A stretch of DNA of 64,000 nt, taken from the NCBI GenBank assembly GCA_942491115.1, contig CALNZV010000020.1, positions 512,524-576,523 of the forward strand, written 5' to 3'. The translations under genes were made by a program, and so were the position numbers. Below the pieces are notes generated by a model, which saw only the letters and a program-made list of their open reading frames with translations, did no database searches and was not told the origin of the DNA. Positions 16,380 through 25,525 of this stretch are shown in pieces; the stretch's first letter is position 1, and every line of letters begins with the position of its first letter. The DNA is from an uncultured Desulfobacteraceae bacterium. GTDB lineage: Bacteria > Desulfobacterota > Desulfobacteria > Desulfobacterales > UBA5852.

Positions 16380-17959
16380 TGGTCCCTCCCGGCTGTTTCG
16401 GCATCCAGCCGAAGCTGGAATTCAACAGGTCCGGCACAGCCGGTATTGGTGCAGACGTAGGCTCCGTCTCCGGCTTCCGGATCAAGGTTTGATGTGGCTA
16501 TGGCAACGTGTCCCCGGGGATAGGAGGACAGTTCGACGTCGATGAAGTCCATCGGCGCCAGCGCCGCCGCCGGATCCACGAGATTGTCCTTCTCCGCATA
16601 GCAGATCAGGTAGGGTATCTTTCGATCCCTGATGCGCTTGAAATTGAGCTGACGGCCAAACAATCGCACCGGCAAGGTGCCGTCATCGGAAACCGGTCGC
16701 CGGTAAGATTCAAAACTCAAGCGGGTGACCGCTTCCGGAAGGTCCACCTGGTCATAGAGCAGCCAGTGGTTGATGGCCAGGGAGGATTTGCTGAACCCTT
16801 TCTCCGGGGGGTCGAACCGGTCCATCATCTCGAGATCGCGGTAAAAGGCGGTTACCGGCCCTTCGAGTTCGATGCTTTTCAACTTGTAGACCCAGCTCAT
16901 GATCCCCCCGTCCACCACCCGGTTGCCGTTCGGCAGCACTTTGACGGCATAGCCGAGATCTCGAAACCCCTCGGGTAGCAGGCGAATGAATGCCGCCAAA
17001 TCCTTGCTTCGGGACCCGTCCATCGGGGACACGCAGGTCATCAGGGCATCGGCAAGTCCGTCGAGTTCCCCTGACAGAAGCGTCAGCATGGCCAGAAAGC
17101 CCCCCTGACAATAGCCGCAGAGGGTAGCGGGCCGACCGTGGGTTTTCAGGATGGCTTCACAAAAAAACCGCGTATCCGACGCATCTTCCTCTCCGGTCAT
17201 GGTCTGGACCGCCGGATGCTCGGAGATGGGTTTGATGATACGAATGAATGTCGGAAACCCCTGATTGGCAAAGGCATGAACGAAACTGCGGTTTTCAGCG
17301 GGTAAAAACGCCATGATGTTGGGGCCGAGGACCGACGGGGGAATGATCAGAATGGGTTTGGTGTCATTTCGGACTTCGACGCCCTGCCTGTTGGGGAGGA
17401 CCTGTAAGAGACGGAATCGGTCGGTTTCTGCGATGAGTCGGTAGCCGTCGTCGTCGAAGTGAAAGCCGAATTCCTCCTTGATATCATGGATGGCCTTGGG
17501 GAAACGTCGCGAAACCGCATCCATGAGCGCATACTGCCGCTGACTCAGCTGAAGCAGCTTCTCGAGGCCGCTTCCGTTGCCGACATCCAGACAGCCGGCC
17601 CATGCATCCATCCACTGGGGCCAGCGCCTCCCATGAAAGGTAGCAACGGCGTCCATGCTGCCGTTCAGGCAGCGGGCGGCCAGTTCGGCATTGACTGACA
17701 ACAGCGACAGATAATCTTGCAGAGAGTCCCACCGGGGACTCTCAATCCATTTTCGCTGTTCTCGCCGGACGAAGATGGCCGCAGCGTTCATCAGCGGCTC
17801 TAAAAAACCGGATGAATAGCCGGCCATCCCCTCCCAGTAGCGGGTAGCTGTCTGCCATTGCGAGGAGAAGAGGCGCAACCACAGTTCCCCTGTCGGGGTC
17901 AGAAGATCCAATGGGGTCGGGGCAGCAAAGGGATCGGTTCGAAGTGGGGTCCCCGCCAT
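16376..17959 (-). CDS. phaC: poly(R)-hydroxyalkanoate synthase PhaC
   Basis: 527 aa from the ATG at 17959 (GAGGAGAGGAG RBS). Alpha/beta fold with the PHA-synthase lipase-like box LCGYCQGG (G-x-C-x-G-G). Confidence 0.85.
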   Translation of the reverse strand: MAGTPLRTDPFAAPTPLDLLTPTGELWLRLFSSQWQTATRYWEGMAGYSSGFLEPLMNAAAIFVRREQRKWIESPRWDSLQDYLSLLSVNAELAARCLNGSMDAVATFHGRRWPQWMDAWAGCLDVGNGSGLEKLLQLSQRQYALMDAVSRRFPKAIHDIKEEFGFHFDDDGYRLIAETDRFRLLQVLPNRQGVEVRNDTKPILIIPPSVLGPNIMAFLPAENRSFVHAFANQGFPTFIRIIKPISEHPAVQTMTGEEDASDTRFFCEAILKTHGRPATLCGYCQGGFLAMLTLLSGELDGLADALMTCVSPMDGSRSKDLAAFIRLLPEGFRDLGYAVKVLPNGNRVVDGGIMSWVYKLKSIELEGPVTAFYRDLEMMDRFDPPEKGFSKSSLAINHWLLYDQVDLPEAVTRLSFESYRRPVSDDGTLPVRLFGRQLNFKRIRDRKIPYLICYAEKDNLVDPAAALAPMDFIDVELSSYPRGHVAIATSNLDPEAGDGAYVCTNTGCAGPVEFQLRLDAETAGRDQ

Positions 17960-17999
17960 GACGGCTCCTCTCCTCGGCAACAGCGTCGAGTGGCAGAGA

Positions 18000-18260
18000 T
18001 TATTCCCAGGCCTTGATTGCTGCGGCATATCGATCGGACGATTCCAGCATTGTCTTGTGGAGAAAGTCCGAGTTTTGCTTCATGTTGCCGGCCCATTGCT
18101 GGATGATCGATTTCCCGGTATCCGGCAGATAGGGAAGAGTCTCAATGCCGATCCGAATGGCCGTCTGGGCATGGTCCTGAAGCGCCGCCATGGTTTTAAC
18201 GGAGCTGCGAACCATTTCCCTGTTGTAAGCGCCCACGCGCGTCATCTGGTTTTTGATCAT
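18000..18260 (-). CDS. phasin-like protein (paralog 1)
   Basis: 86 aa (GAGGTGG RBS). Aligns by eye with the neighbouring 93-aa ORF (LPYLPDTGKSIIQQWAGNMKQ vs VPGMPEEGRKMVQEWADAYKK). Confidence 0.55.
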   Translation of the reverse strand: MIKNQMTRVGAYNREMVRSSVKTMAALQDHAQTAIRIGIETLPYLPDTGKSIIQQWAGNMKQNSDFLHKTMLESSDRYAAAIKAWE

Positions 18261-18302
18261 TGGATCCACCTCTGTTATTTGCAATGCACAATCAGTTAGG
18301 GG

Positions 18303-18584
18303 TTATTTTTTGGATTTGCCGGTATCGGCCTCGCCGAGGAATGAATCGAGCTTGTCAAACCCATCGTCCACCGCTTTTTTGTATGTCTCACGACCTTTTT
18401 TGTAGGCGTCGGCCCATTCTTGAACCATTTTCCTGCCTTCCTCTGGCATGCCGGGTACCTGTGACATCAGGGACTTGAACATGGCCTCGGTCTGATCCTG
18501 AACCATCACCAGGGCTGTGAAAGCGTTGCTGAACGTGGCTTTCTGAAATTCGACCATCTGCTTTGCAATCTTCTTTGATTCCAT
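18303..18584 (-). CDS. phasin-like protein (paralog 2)
   Basis: 93 aa from the ATG at 18584 (GGAGG RBS). Amphipathic helical, Lys/Glu-rich. First gene of the phasin-phasin-phaC-partner string. Confidence 0.6.
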   Translation of the reverse strand: MESKKIAKQMVEFQKATFSNAFTALVMVQDQTEAMFKSLMSQVPGMPEEGRKMVQEWADAYKKGRETYKKAVDDGFDKLDSFLGEADTGKSKK

Positions 18585-18815
18585 GGTTTGACCTCCTTGT
18601 CGTTGCTGCGGTTGTGGGTTGTGTGGGTCGGCGGACGCCAGTGCGTCCAGCTTGTTGCATTGCAACAAATATCTGGCATTCAGTCCTCATTGTCAAGTAA
18701 ATATTTACAAATCGCCCCTGGTAGGATACCCAAAACGTCGGCAATTCACCTTCATGCCTCTACAGGCAGTTCACCACCCACCCTGCCACCCCCGCCCAGG
18801 GAAGGAACCACAGCC

Positions 18816-19298
18816 GTGACCCATCCGGTGATGATTAAAAAATACGCCAATCGACGGCTGTACGATACCGATACCAGCCGATACATTACCCTGGGGGAGC
18901 TGGCCCAGCTGATTCGCGACGGCAAACGGGTTGAGATCGTCGACGCCAAATCGGGCGACGACGTCACCGCCTTCATCCTCACCCAGGTCATCATGGATCA
19001 AGCCAAGAACAACAACGCCCTGCTGCCGCCGCCCCTGCTGCATCTGGTCATCCGCTACGGCGACAATCTTCTGGTGGATTTCTTCGAAAATTACCTGCAA
19101 CAAGTCCTCAGCGCCTATCTGAACTATCGATCAACCGTCGACAAGCAGTTCAAGGAGTGGCTCGATATCGGAACGAATCTGGCGGATATTTCACGCCATT
19201 CCACAGGGGAACTGAATCCGTTGAAACCCTTTTTCGATATGTTTTTCGATGCCTCGACGGTTCCAACCCGAAATAAAAAAGTGGACGATGAGGAATAA
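18816..19298 (+). CDS. phaR: PHA synthesis repressor PhaR
   Basis: IKKYANRRLYDTDTSRYITLGELAQLIRDGKRVEIVDAKSGDDVTAFILTQVI is the canonical PhaR N-terminal DNA-binding domain. Start is the GTG at 18816 or the ATG at 18831. Divergent from the phasin genes. Confidence 0.85.
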   Translation: MTHPVMIKKYANRRLYDTDTSRYITLGELAQLIRDGKRVEIVDAKSGDDVTAFILTQVIMDQAKNNNALLPPPLLHLVIRYGDNLLVDFFENYLQQVLSAYLNYRSTVDKQFKEWLDIGTNLADISRHSTGELNPLKPFFDMFFDASTVPTRNKKVDDEE

Positions 19299-19402
19299 CT
19301 CCGGACTCCGTTTGACCATGGAATGCGGATTGCCAAGGGATGTTCCGAATTCAACACCCGGGTCCGGCGGTCACTCATCGACACTTCAGCCGATGCCTGC
19401 CG

Positions 19403-20179
19403 TCAATAGGTCGAAGAGATCCGGTCAAGGAAATCGACGATCGCAGACGTGACGGCAGCGGGCTTTTCCACGGGAATCATGTGGCCCGAGTCCTTCACCC
19501 GGACCCGCACCGACCGGGGAATTTGCCTGGAAAGGTAATCACTGTATTTGGGAGGGGTCAACCGGTCCTCGGTTGCCGATACCACCAGCACCGGGAGATC
19601 GATCTCCTTCACCCTCGCCATGGCGTCGAAACGGTTACAGGCGGTAAAATCCCCGGCGGCGACCCCAGGATCACAGGCGGCGATCGTTTCCAGGGCGTCG
19701 TGGCGCCTGGAGGCATCGGTCTGGCCTGAAAACCCCATGTCGTCGTAGAGGTCGATGAACCGCTCGAAATCGGATTCGATGGCGTCAAAAAGAATCGGCA
19801 GCACCTTCAACCGCGCACCGGAACTGATTAATATACCAGCGAGAAACGGTCCGGGATAGTCCAGGAGCAGCCGTTGGACAATGGCGCCCCCCAAACTGAA
19901 TCCGCATGGCACCGGATGTTGAATGTTCATCGCTTCCATGAAATGGAATACGGCTTCGGCGTAAGCTTTGACCGACGCCCTTCCGGGGCCCTTGCTCGCC
20001 CCATGACCAGGAAGGTCGATGGCAATGGTATTGATCAGAAAAGACAAGGCCTTAACCTGTTCCTTCCACAGGGTGCAGGCACCGCCCGAGCCATGAATGA
20101 ACAGCAGTGTCGGCAACTGGCTCGACAATGGCCACCTGCCGGCAATGAAATGGATTCCGTCTACCGTTTTCGTTTCCAT
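19403..20179 (-). CDS. alpha/beta-fold hydrolase
   Basis: 258 aa. LLFIHGSGG oxyanion region and nucleophile elbow GFSLGG. Confidence 0.8.
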   Translation of the reverse strand: METKTVDGIHFIAGRWPLSSQLPTLLFIHGSGGACTLWKEQVKALSFLINTIAIDLPGHGASKGPGRASVKAYAEAVFHFMEAMNIQHPVPCGFSLGGAIVQRLLLDYPGPFLAGILISSGARLKVLPILFDAIESDFERFIDLYDDMGFSGQTDASRRHDALETIAACDPGVAAGDFTACNRFDAMARVKEIDLPVLVVSATEDRLTPPKYSDYLSRQIPRSVRVRVKDSGHMIPVEKPAAVTSAIVDFLDRISSTY

Positions 20180-20453
20180 GGGAAATCCTTGATTGGAAAG
20201 CCCTTCACCATCGCTATGGGACGGGAACAGGGGGGGAGCAGGCAGCGGATCGTCTCGGACTGGACATCGTCTTCCCGATCTTCAGGAGGGCGCTGAAACT
20301 ATAAACAATGGCTGGAGGGCTGTCAAAAGATTATTGCCGGCGTTGACGGGCAGCGACGGTTCCAGGAAACAGACCGTCGGACCGTTCCGGTGGACGGTTG
20401 CCGGCACGGCTTCCGGACAGCGATCACATCCGAAAACGCAACGGAACTAACCC

Positions 20454-21110
20454 ATGGGAATTCGACAACTCAGACGCCGCATGCAGCAGCAGCGGGAAGC
20501 GGCCAGACGGCGGTTTCGCCGCCAAAAAAATGCCAACTTGCTGGCGGAACCTGGCCATCACGCATTCGCCATTGTTCTTGATCATCTGAAGCCGGCCTTC
20601 AACATCGGGAAAATATTCAGGAGTGCCGATGCCTTTGGCGCCCGCGAGGTTCACCTGGTCGGCATCGATTTTTTCGATCCCTCTCCGTCCATGGGGTCGT
20701 TCAAATGGGTGCCTGCCCGCTTTTTTGATGAGTTTTCAGATAGCCACGAGGATCTGAGCCGCCGGGAATACGCCCTTTACGCTCTGGACCCCGCCGGGCG
20801 CCTTCCATTGCCGGATATCCGGCTTCCGAAAAAAAGCGCTTTCATCTTCGGCCACGAGGAGTATGGCCATAGCTTCGACCGTTCCGCATTCCCCAGCGTG
20901 ACTCCCGTCATGATACCCCAACTCGGCAAAGTGGAGAGCCTCAACGTCAGTGTGGCCGCCTCGATCGTCATGTACGAATACTGGCGCCAGCACCGGGATC
21001 CGGAAACCGCCCCCATGCGCCCTCGGTACCGCCATCGGGACGTCCGAAACATCCCCCGCCTCGGGTCTGTCGATACCGATGGCCTCCCCCCTGGGGATGC
21101 TCCCGGCTAG
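20454..21110 (+). CDS. TrmH/SpoU-family RNA 2'-O-methyltransferase
   Basis: 218 aa. NIGKIFRSADAFG, FIFGHEEYG and VESLNVSVAASIVMYE motifs of SpoU methylases. Confidence 0.8.
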   Translation: MGIRQLRRRMQQQREAARRRFRRQKNANLLAEPGHHAFAIVLDHLKPAFNIGKIFRSADAFGAREVHLVGIDFFDPSPSMGSFKWVPARFFDEFSDSHEDLSRREYALYALDPAGRLPLPDIRLPKKSAFIFGHEEYGHSFDRSAFPSVTPVMIPQLGKVESLNVSVAASIVMYEYWRQHRDPETAPMRPRYRHRDVRNIPRLGSVDTDGLPPGDAPG

Positions 21111-21427
21111 CTGCCGCCCAAGACCGGAAGCGACTCCCCTGCCGGGGAAAGGCTCAATACCCCACTGTCGGCTCCGGAAAGGTCCACATCGAACTCATCG
21201 AAAATGCCGCCGAGGAGGATATCGACCCGCCGTGTGCGCTCCACCAGGATTCCCTGGCGGTCAAAAACAATGGGCCCATTGGGATCCAACACCAGTTTGA
21301 GGGTAAAAAAGGCCTGTTTTCCCTTTCGCACCGAAAACCGATCCCCGGGATTGAAACGGGTGCCCATCAGTTCATGGGCCGGGATCAGGATTCCCCTTCG
21401 CTGAGGGTCATGGACGGCTCTTGGCAT
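21107..21427 (-). CDS. hypothetical protein with AbrB/SpoVT-like N-terminal motif
   Basis: 106 aa. RGILIPAHELMGTRFNPGDRFSVRK resembles the swapped-hairpin motif (xIPxxxxxxxxxxxGD). Last gene of the pxp-like operon. Confidence 0.4.
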   Translation of the reverse strand: MPRAVHDPQRRGILIPAHELMGTRFNPGDRFSVRKGKQAFFTLKLVLDPNGPIVFDRQGILVERTRRVDILLGGIFDEFDVDLSGADSGVLSLSPAGESLPVLGGS

Positions 21428-21504
21428 TAGTTGTATCCTTTACAACCCATGGAATTCCGCGGTATCGGACCGGTGGGCGGAGATCTTCCTCCGATGGGGC
21501 CGGC

Positions 21505-22338
21505 TCAGCCGCCGTGGGTGTCGGCATAGTCGGCAAATCGCTTCATGATATCCAGGGTGCGGGGCCCCGGGACGCCATCACCAAGGCGGATGGCATTGAT
21601 GCGAACCACCGGAACGATTTCCTTGTTCGATGCCGTAATGAAGGCCTCATCCATCAGCATCAGCTCATTGGCGTGAAGATCGCGTATCTCGAGAGGGAAA
21701 TCGTCCTTCATCAGATTGATGACCACCTGGCGCGTTATTCCCGGCAAAATCCCCGTATCCGGCGTCACCAGGACCTCACCGATAAACCCGAAGAAATTGG
21801 AGGTGGTGCCTTCCAGCACTCGACCCATGCCATCAACGTACAGAGATTCGACGGCCCCCTGCTCCCGGGCATCCTTGAGAGCGAGAATTCCCGGAATATA
21901 GTTGGTGCTCTTCGCTCCCGGCACGAACCGGTCTATATGGGAAGTGATCACCTTGACCCCCTGCGCGTACCATTCCTTGGGCAGCCCGTGGAGGGGGGTG
22001 ATCATCACGATCAAGCGCGGGTCGTCCATGGGGGTGATGGAATCTTCGCTGCCGCCCCCCGTCACGAGGATGCGGATATTGCATTCCCGGTGGGAACTTT
22101 TGGAGAGAGCATCCTCAACGATATGGATGATGTCCTGCCGGGACCATTTCAGGGTCATACCGATCAGCCGGGCGGATCGTTCCAACCGTTTCACGTGGTC
22201 GGCCAGATGAAAGGGGCGCTTTCCATAGGTTCGGAGAAAGTCGAACACGCCGTATCCTCTCAGGACTGCCAGATCTCGAATGCTGATGACCGCTTCCGAC
22301 TCCGTCACGGCCTTTCCGTCGATGGTGATGATGTCCAT
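21505..22338 (-). CDS. class IV (fold type IV) PLP aminotransferase (BCAT/D-amino-acid aminotransferase/ADC lyase family)
   Basis: 277 aa. AAGGAG RBS. RGYGVFDFLRTY, GAKSTNY (PLP Lys region), EGTTSNFF and ILPGITR motifs. Confidence 0.85.
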   Translation of the reverse strand: MDIITIDGKAVTESEAVISIRDLAVLRGYGVFDFLRTYGKRPFHLADHVKRLERSARLIGMTLKWSRQDIIHIVEDALSKSSHRECNIRILVTGGGSEDSITPMDDPRLIVMITPLHGLPKEWYAQGVKVITSHIDRFVPGAKSTNYIPGILALKDAREQGAVESLYVDGMGRVLEGTTSNFFGFIGEVLVTPDTGILPGITRQVVINLMKDDFPLEIRDLHANELMLMDEAFITASNKEIVPVVRINAIRLGDGVPGPRTLDIMKRFADYADTHGG

Positions 22339-22368
22339 GGGTATGCTCCTTTGGGGTATCCGTTGCCA

Positions 22369-23235
22369 TCATGGTGCCGGGTTGAATCGGGCCGCCAGGG
22401 TTTCCAGTTCCCTCTTCCGGGTTTTCGCCACGGAGACCGCCTCATCCATGGAAACCTCCTTGAATCGCACCATTTGCTCCGGTCCGATTTGGGCAAGAAA
22501 ATCCACATCGGCGCTGATGACGTTGTAGATGCGGGGGTAGCCCCCGACGGTTTGGCGGTGCCGAAGGAGAATGATCGGACCCTTCGGGGTCAATTGAATC
22601 GTTCCGTCGCTGACAGGAGCGGAGATCATATTTTCAAGAGACGTCGATAGCGTCGCTGTATCGCTGGACAACCGCATGCCCATGGTGCTCATCTCGTGGG
22701 TGGTTTTCCAGGATACGGCGGTAAAACGGTCTCCACGGTCCAAGGTGCCGTGTTCGGGACCTCTGAGGACACGGACCCGTCCCTCGGCGTCGGGCCAGGA
22801 AAACACGTCATCAAACCGCCCACGGCTCCTCCCGGCCAGCGCGGCATTCTCCTTGAGGCCGTCGGTGGGCAGCAGTGAAACATATCCCCTGAAGCCCAGT
22901 CCCTTTTCCCCCATCTCCAGCACGCTGCCTGAAGGGGCGGCTACCGTTTCGCCGTGCCGCACTGAAATCGCCTCTCCGCCAGCGGGAAGGAGAAGTCGAC
23001 AATGGGGAAAGTGGGCGCCGGTCAGGACCACGGTGCAGTTGGCTGTCAACCGGATAACCGGGGGAAGAATCACCTCCAGGGTGACGATGCCGCGATGACC
23101 ACCCAGAAGAATCCTGCCCGTGTCGAATGCCAGGCGATCCATACAGCCGCCGGGACTGACCCCCACATCCTGCCTGCCGAACACCGGTGGTCCCGCTTCA
23201 TCGAATAGACCCGATTGAAGGACGTCGTATGTCAT
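22369..23235 (-). CDS. pxpC: 5-oxoprolinase subunit C-like (PxpC/KipA, allophanate hydrolase subunit 2 family)
   Basis: 288 aa. MTYDVLQSGLFDEAGPP...GVSPGGCMD start and TVGGYPRI motif typical of this family. Confidence 0.8.
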   Translation of the reverse strand: MTYDVLQSGLFDEAGPPVFGRQDVGVSPGGCMDRLAFDTGRILLGGHRGIVTLEVILPPVIRLTANCTVVLTGAHFPHCRLLLPAGGEAISVRHGETVAAPSGSVLEMGEKGLGFRGYVSLLPTDGLKENAALAGRSRGRFDDVFSWPDAEGRVRVLRGPEHGTLDRGDRFTAVSWKTTHEMSTMGMRLSSDTATLSTSLENMISAPVSDGTIQLTPKGPIILLRHRQTVGGYPRIYNVISADVDFLAQIGPEQMVRFKEVSMDEAVSVAKTRKRELETLAARFNPAP

Positions 23236-23287
23236 CGATAGCTTTCATGGCACGGTGAAAAATCAGCGCTGGCGGCTGTTGTCCGAA

Positions 23288-23968
23288 TCAATCGATCCTG
23301 TCGACGGCCTCGAAGCGCACCCGGTCCCCCGGTTTGAGAACCGTCAGCAACTCGGGCCGGGTTCGCCCGATCAGGTTCCAGCCACCAGGAGATTCCTGGG
23401 GGTAGATACCGGTCTGTGCCCCGCCGATGGCAACGGTGCCCGCAGGGATCCGGGTCCGGGGGCTTTCCAGCCGTGGGGTGATCAATCGATCGTCCAGGCC
23501 GATAAGATAGGGGAAGTGGGGCTGGAATCCAATCATGGCAACCGTGTAATCGCCCCCAGCGTGAAGGCCGATCATCCTTTCGACGGACAACCCGCTGTGA
23601 CGGGCCACCCGATCCAAGTCTTCGCCGTCATAGACCACGGGGAATCGATAGGTTTCAGCGTCCGCCGGTGCGTCGACGTCTCCGCAACGACCGGCCGCTG
23701 TTCCGACCCGTTTGCGGATACGAGGGATGTCGGCGACAGCCGGGTCGAAATACAGCGCCACCGCATTGTAGGCCGGCACCACATCGGTCACCGAAAGCCC
23801 CTCCAAATAGGGATCCGCCTTCAGCGCCCGATAGAGCCGATGAACCTTCCTGGATACGGCGAGGCCGATGCCGTCGCCGAGGGACCAGCACAGGCAGCCG
23901 TCCCCGATGAAAAACGAGGCGCCCCCAGAGAGGTCCGCGCCGTCATTGTCTTCATAGTCGGTAGTCAC
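23288..23968 (-). CDS. pxpB: 5-oxoprolinase subunit B-like (PxpB/KipI, allophanate hydrolase subunit 1 family)
   Basis: 226 aa. VVPAYNAVALYFDP, IGFQPHFPYL and GGAQTGIYPQESPGGWNLIG motifs. Confidence 0.8.
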   Translation of the reverse strand: MTTDYEDNDGADLSGGASFFIGDGCLCWSLGDGIGLAVSRKVHRLYRALKADPYLEGLSVTDVVPAYNAVALYFDPAVADIPRIRKRVGTAAGRCGDVDAPADAETYRFPVVYDGEDLDRVARHSGLSVERMIGLHAGGDYTVAMIGFQPHFPYLIGLDDRLITPRLESPRTRIPAGTVAIGGAQTGIYPQESPGGWNLIGRTRPELLTVLKPGDRVRFEAVDRID

Positions 23969-24737
23969 TGTCTGCTCGATCTCCGACGAACATGTGCCCC
24001 GGGGTGTGGGTGATCATCAAGGGGGGGCGCGCCACTATGGCCGCCATCTGAGGCGTGACGCCGCAGGCCCAAAACACCGGCACATCATCCGGGTAAAGAG
24101 TGACCGCATCGCCCCAATCGGGTTCCGAAAGATGGTCAATACCCATTTTTTGGGGATCGCCGATATGAACCGGGCTGCCATGGACCGCCGGGAAATCCCG
24201 AGTCACTTCGACGGCACGGACGATGTCCCGACCCTGGAACGGCCGCATGCTGACCACCATCGGAGACCTTCTGAACCGGCCGGCGGCATGGCAAAGCACA
24301 TTGCTGCGGTACATGGGCACGGTAACCCCCTCCTCGATATGACGAATCTTCAGGCCGTCCCGCATCAAGGCCTGCTCGAAGGTAAAACTGCACCCCAGCA
24401 GAAAAAATACGAAGTCCGGCGACCAGAGGCTCGATATATCGCCAACCTCCGCATCCAACTCCCCATGACGATAGACGCGATAGCTCGAAATATCCGTGCG
24501 GATATCCGCCTGATCGGCCACAAATCTCGTGACAGGGTCTCCCACGTCGCCAACCTCGATCACCGGACATGGCTTTGGATTTCGTTGGGAAAAAAGAAGA
24601 AAATCAAATGCCCAATCCTTCGGTAATATGACCAGGTTGGCCTGAACATACCCGTTTGCCTGCCCGCTGGTCTGACCGGTAAATGCTCCGGTGCGGGCGG
24701 CTTGTCTGAGCTCGCTTCCGGTTGTGTACACCTTCAT
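23952..24737 (-). CDS. DUF1445 putative hydro-lyase (YcsI / D-glutamate cyclase-like family)
   Basis: 261 aa. GQTSGQANGYVQANLVILPKDWAFDFLLFSQRNPKPCPVIEV is the characteristic N-terminal signature. Overlaps the pxpB start by 17 nt. Confidence 0.8.
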   Translation of the reverse strand: MKVYTTGSELRQAARTGAFTGQTSGQANGYVQANLVILPKDWAFDFLLFSQRNPKPCPVIEVGDVGDPVTRFVADQADIRTDISSYRVYRHGELDAEVGDISSLWSPDFVFFLLGCSFTFEQALMRDGLKIRHIEEGVTVPMYRSNVLCHAAGRFRRSPMVVSMRPFQGRDIVRAVEVTRDFPAVHGSPVHIGDPQKMGIDHLSEPDWGDAVTLYPDDVPVFWACGVTPQMAAIVARPPLMITHTPGHMFVGDRADSDYRL

Positions 24738-24985
24738 CTCCTGTTGAGGGCCTCATGGGGCGGCCAGATGGAAGAGCCGATGGAGGGATTCGGCCATGAC
24801 CCAGGTCGCCGGCGAGGCCCTGGATCTGAGCACCACCGGTGGCTCGGGGGGTGACTCGTTCAGGGGCTCGGAAGGCCAACGGTTACCCTATGGACTTCCG
24901 CATTGTCAATGCCGACGGGCATCAGCCGCCCGAACCGCCTCCGGAAGCTGCCGGATGGGGCTCCCGTCAAAAAACGGCTTCGCGG

Positions 24986-25014
24986 TTGATCACTGCGGCC
25001 TTCTTCGCTATACT
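24986..25014 (+). promoter_or_regulatory. sigma70-type promoter (TTGATC-N17-TATACT)
   Basis: -35 TTGATC at 24986-24991, 17-nt spacer, -10 TATACT at 25009-25014. Located about 44 nt upstream of the ATG at 25058. Confidence 0.45.
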
Positions 25015-25057
25015 CAATCCCTCTTATCGATTCTTCCGTTGAAGTGGCAGGGACCGA

Positions 25058-25390
25058 ATGACAAAACTGAGCACTGTCTCATTTTCGGGATGCAGCGGCG
25101 ACCGCCACTCATTTACGGCCTACAGCCTGAATTCCCACTTCAGCAAAACGGGCGGAGTCTACATCGTCACCCGGCGCTATCAGAATGAAACCGGTCGCTT
25201 TACCCAAAGCATGGTTTTTGTCGGTGTGGCCGACGATCTGTCGAGGGAGATGATCGATCACCCCCTGTCCCCCTGTTTCAAAAAATACGACGCCAATTGT
25301 ATCTGCATATACAACGAAACCGATGCAGGCCGCCGGGATGACGTACGCTCCGACCTCCTTTGCAAATATGCCCCTCCCTGCAACGCCTGA
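25058..25390 (+). CDS. small conserved-looking hypothetical protein (possible GIY-YIG-like fold)
   Basis: 110 aa. GGVYIVTRR...MVFVGVADDLSREMIDH...CFKKYDANCICIY...APPCNA. Has its own promoter. Family assignment is tentative. Confidence 0.5.
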   Translation: MTKLSTVSFSGCSGDRHSFTAYSLNSHFSKTGGVYIVTRRYQNETGRFTQSMVFVGVADDLSREMIDHPLSPCFKKYDANCICIYNETDAGRRDDVRSDLLCKYAPPCNA

Positions 25391-25525
25391 CCGTCCGTTT
25401 TACCACTGCCTTGCCACCCCATCGGCTGCAGGCAGCCCTCTATTGAAGTGGCGGTTGGAAACCTTTTCCCGGGAGCAGAATCGCTGCCTGACTCGCAAGC
25501 GTCCGGGGTTCGGAACCGTCGGGAT

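Noticed and set aside
21421-22650. 409-aa + strand ORF across the aminotransferase and pxpC genes
   Set aside because: It is antisense to two motif-supported minus-strand genes, has low-complexity Gly/Arg/His-rich composition, and has no RBS or domain.
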